From contig JAUCBJ010007931.1 of assembly GCA_032718475.1 (NCBI GenBank), positions 1-46,439 of the forward strand: 46,439 bases of DNA. The letters run 5' to 3'. A program made the translations under genes and the position numbers. Positions 46,425-46,439 of the stretch are shown in pieces (positions within the stretch are counted from its first letter, which is position 1; every line of letters begins with the position of its first letter). Source of the DNA: Nemertoderma westbladi (lineage: Eukaryota; Animalia; Xenacoelomorpha). The notes beneath the pieces are model-generated. The model saw only the letters and a program-made list of their open reading frames with translations, ran no database searches and had not been told where the DNA came from.

Positions 46425-46439
46425 CTGACACATTATACA

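Overview
AT-rich eukaryotic (most likely invertebrate animal) DNA made almost entirely of nested, mostly degenerate transposable elements; no clear host gene. In order: a PIF/Harbinger MITE; a piggyBac transposase remnant joined to an intron-containing Helitron helicase remnant; an L2/CR1-type LINE; BEL/Pao pieces interrupted by a non-autonomous piggyBac-like element; an EnSpm/CMC-like element; an RTE-type LINE; an apparently intact THAP-P element; an Academ-like element; and several copies of an unclassified CCHC-knuckle/Pro-Thr-rich gene, two of which flank a truncated DDE transposase. The EnSpm-like element has a probable second gene (double zinc ribbon + BEN-like + PWWP) split by a hAT, which itself carries Merlin and Kolobok insertions. 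The Academ-like element has 23-bp TIRs, a 5-bp TSD and a convergent PHD-finger gene. The most unusual items are the two transposon-borne putative histone-reader genes (PHD, PWWP) and the multi-copy knuckle gene, whose C-terminus differs mostly at synonymous sites between copies. All family calls come from motif recognition by eye, not database searches.
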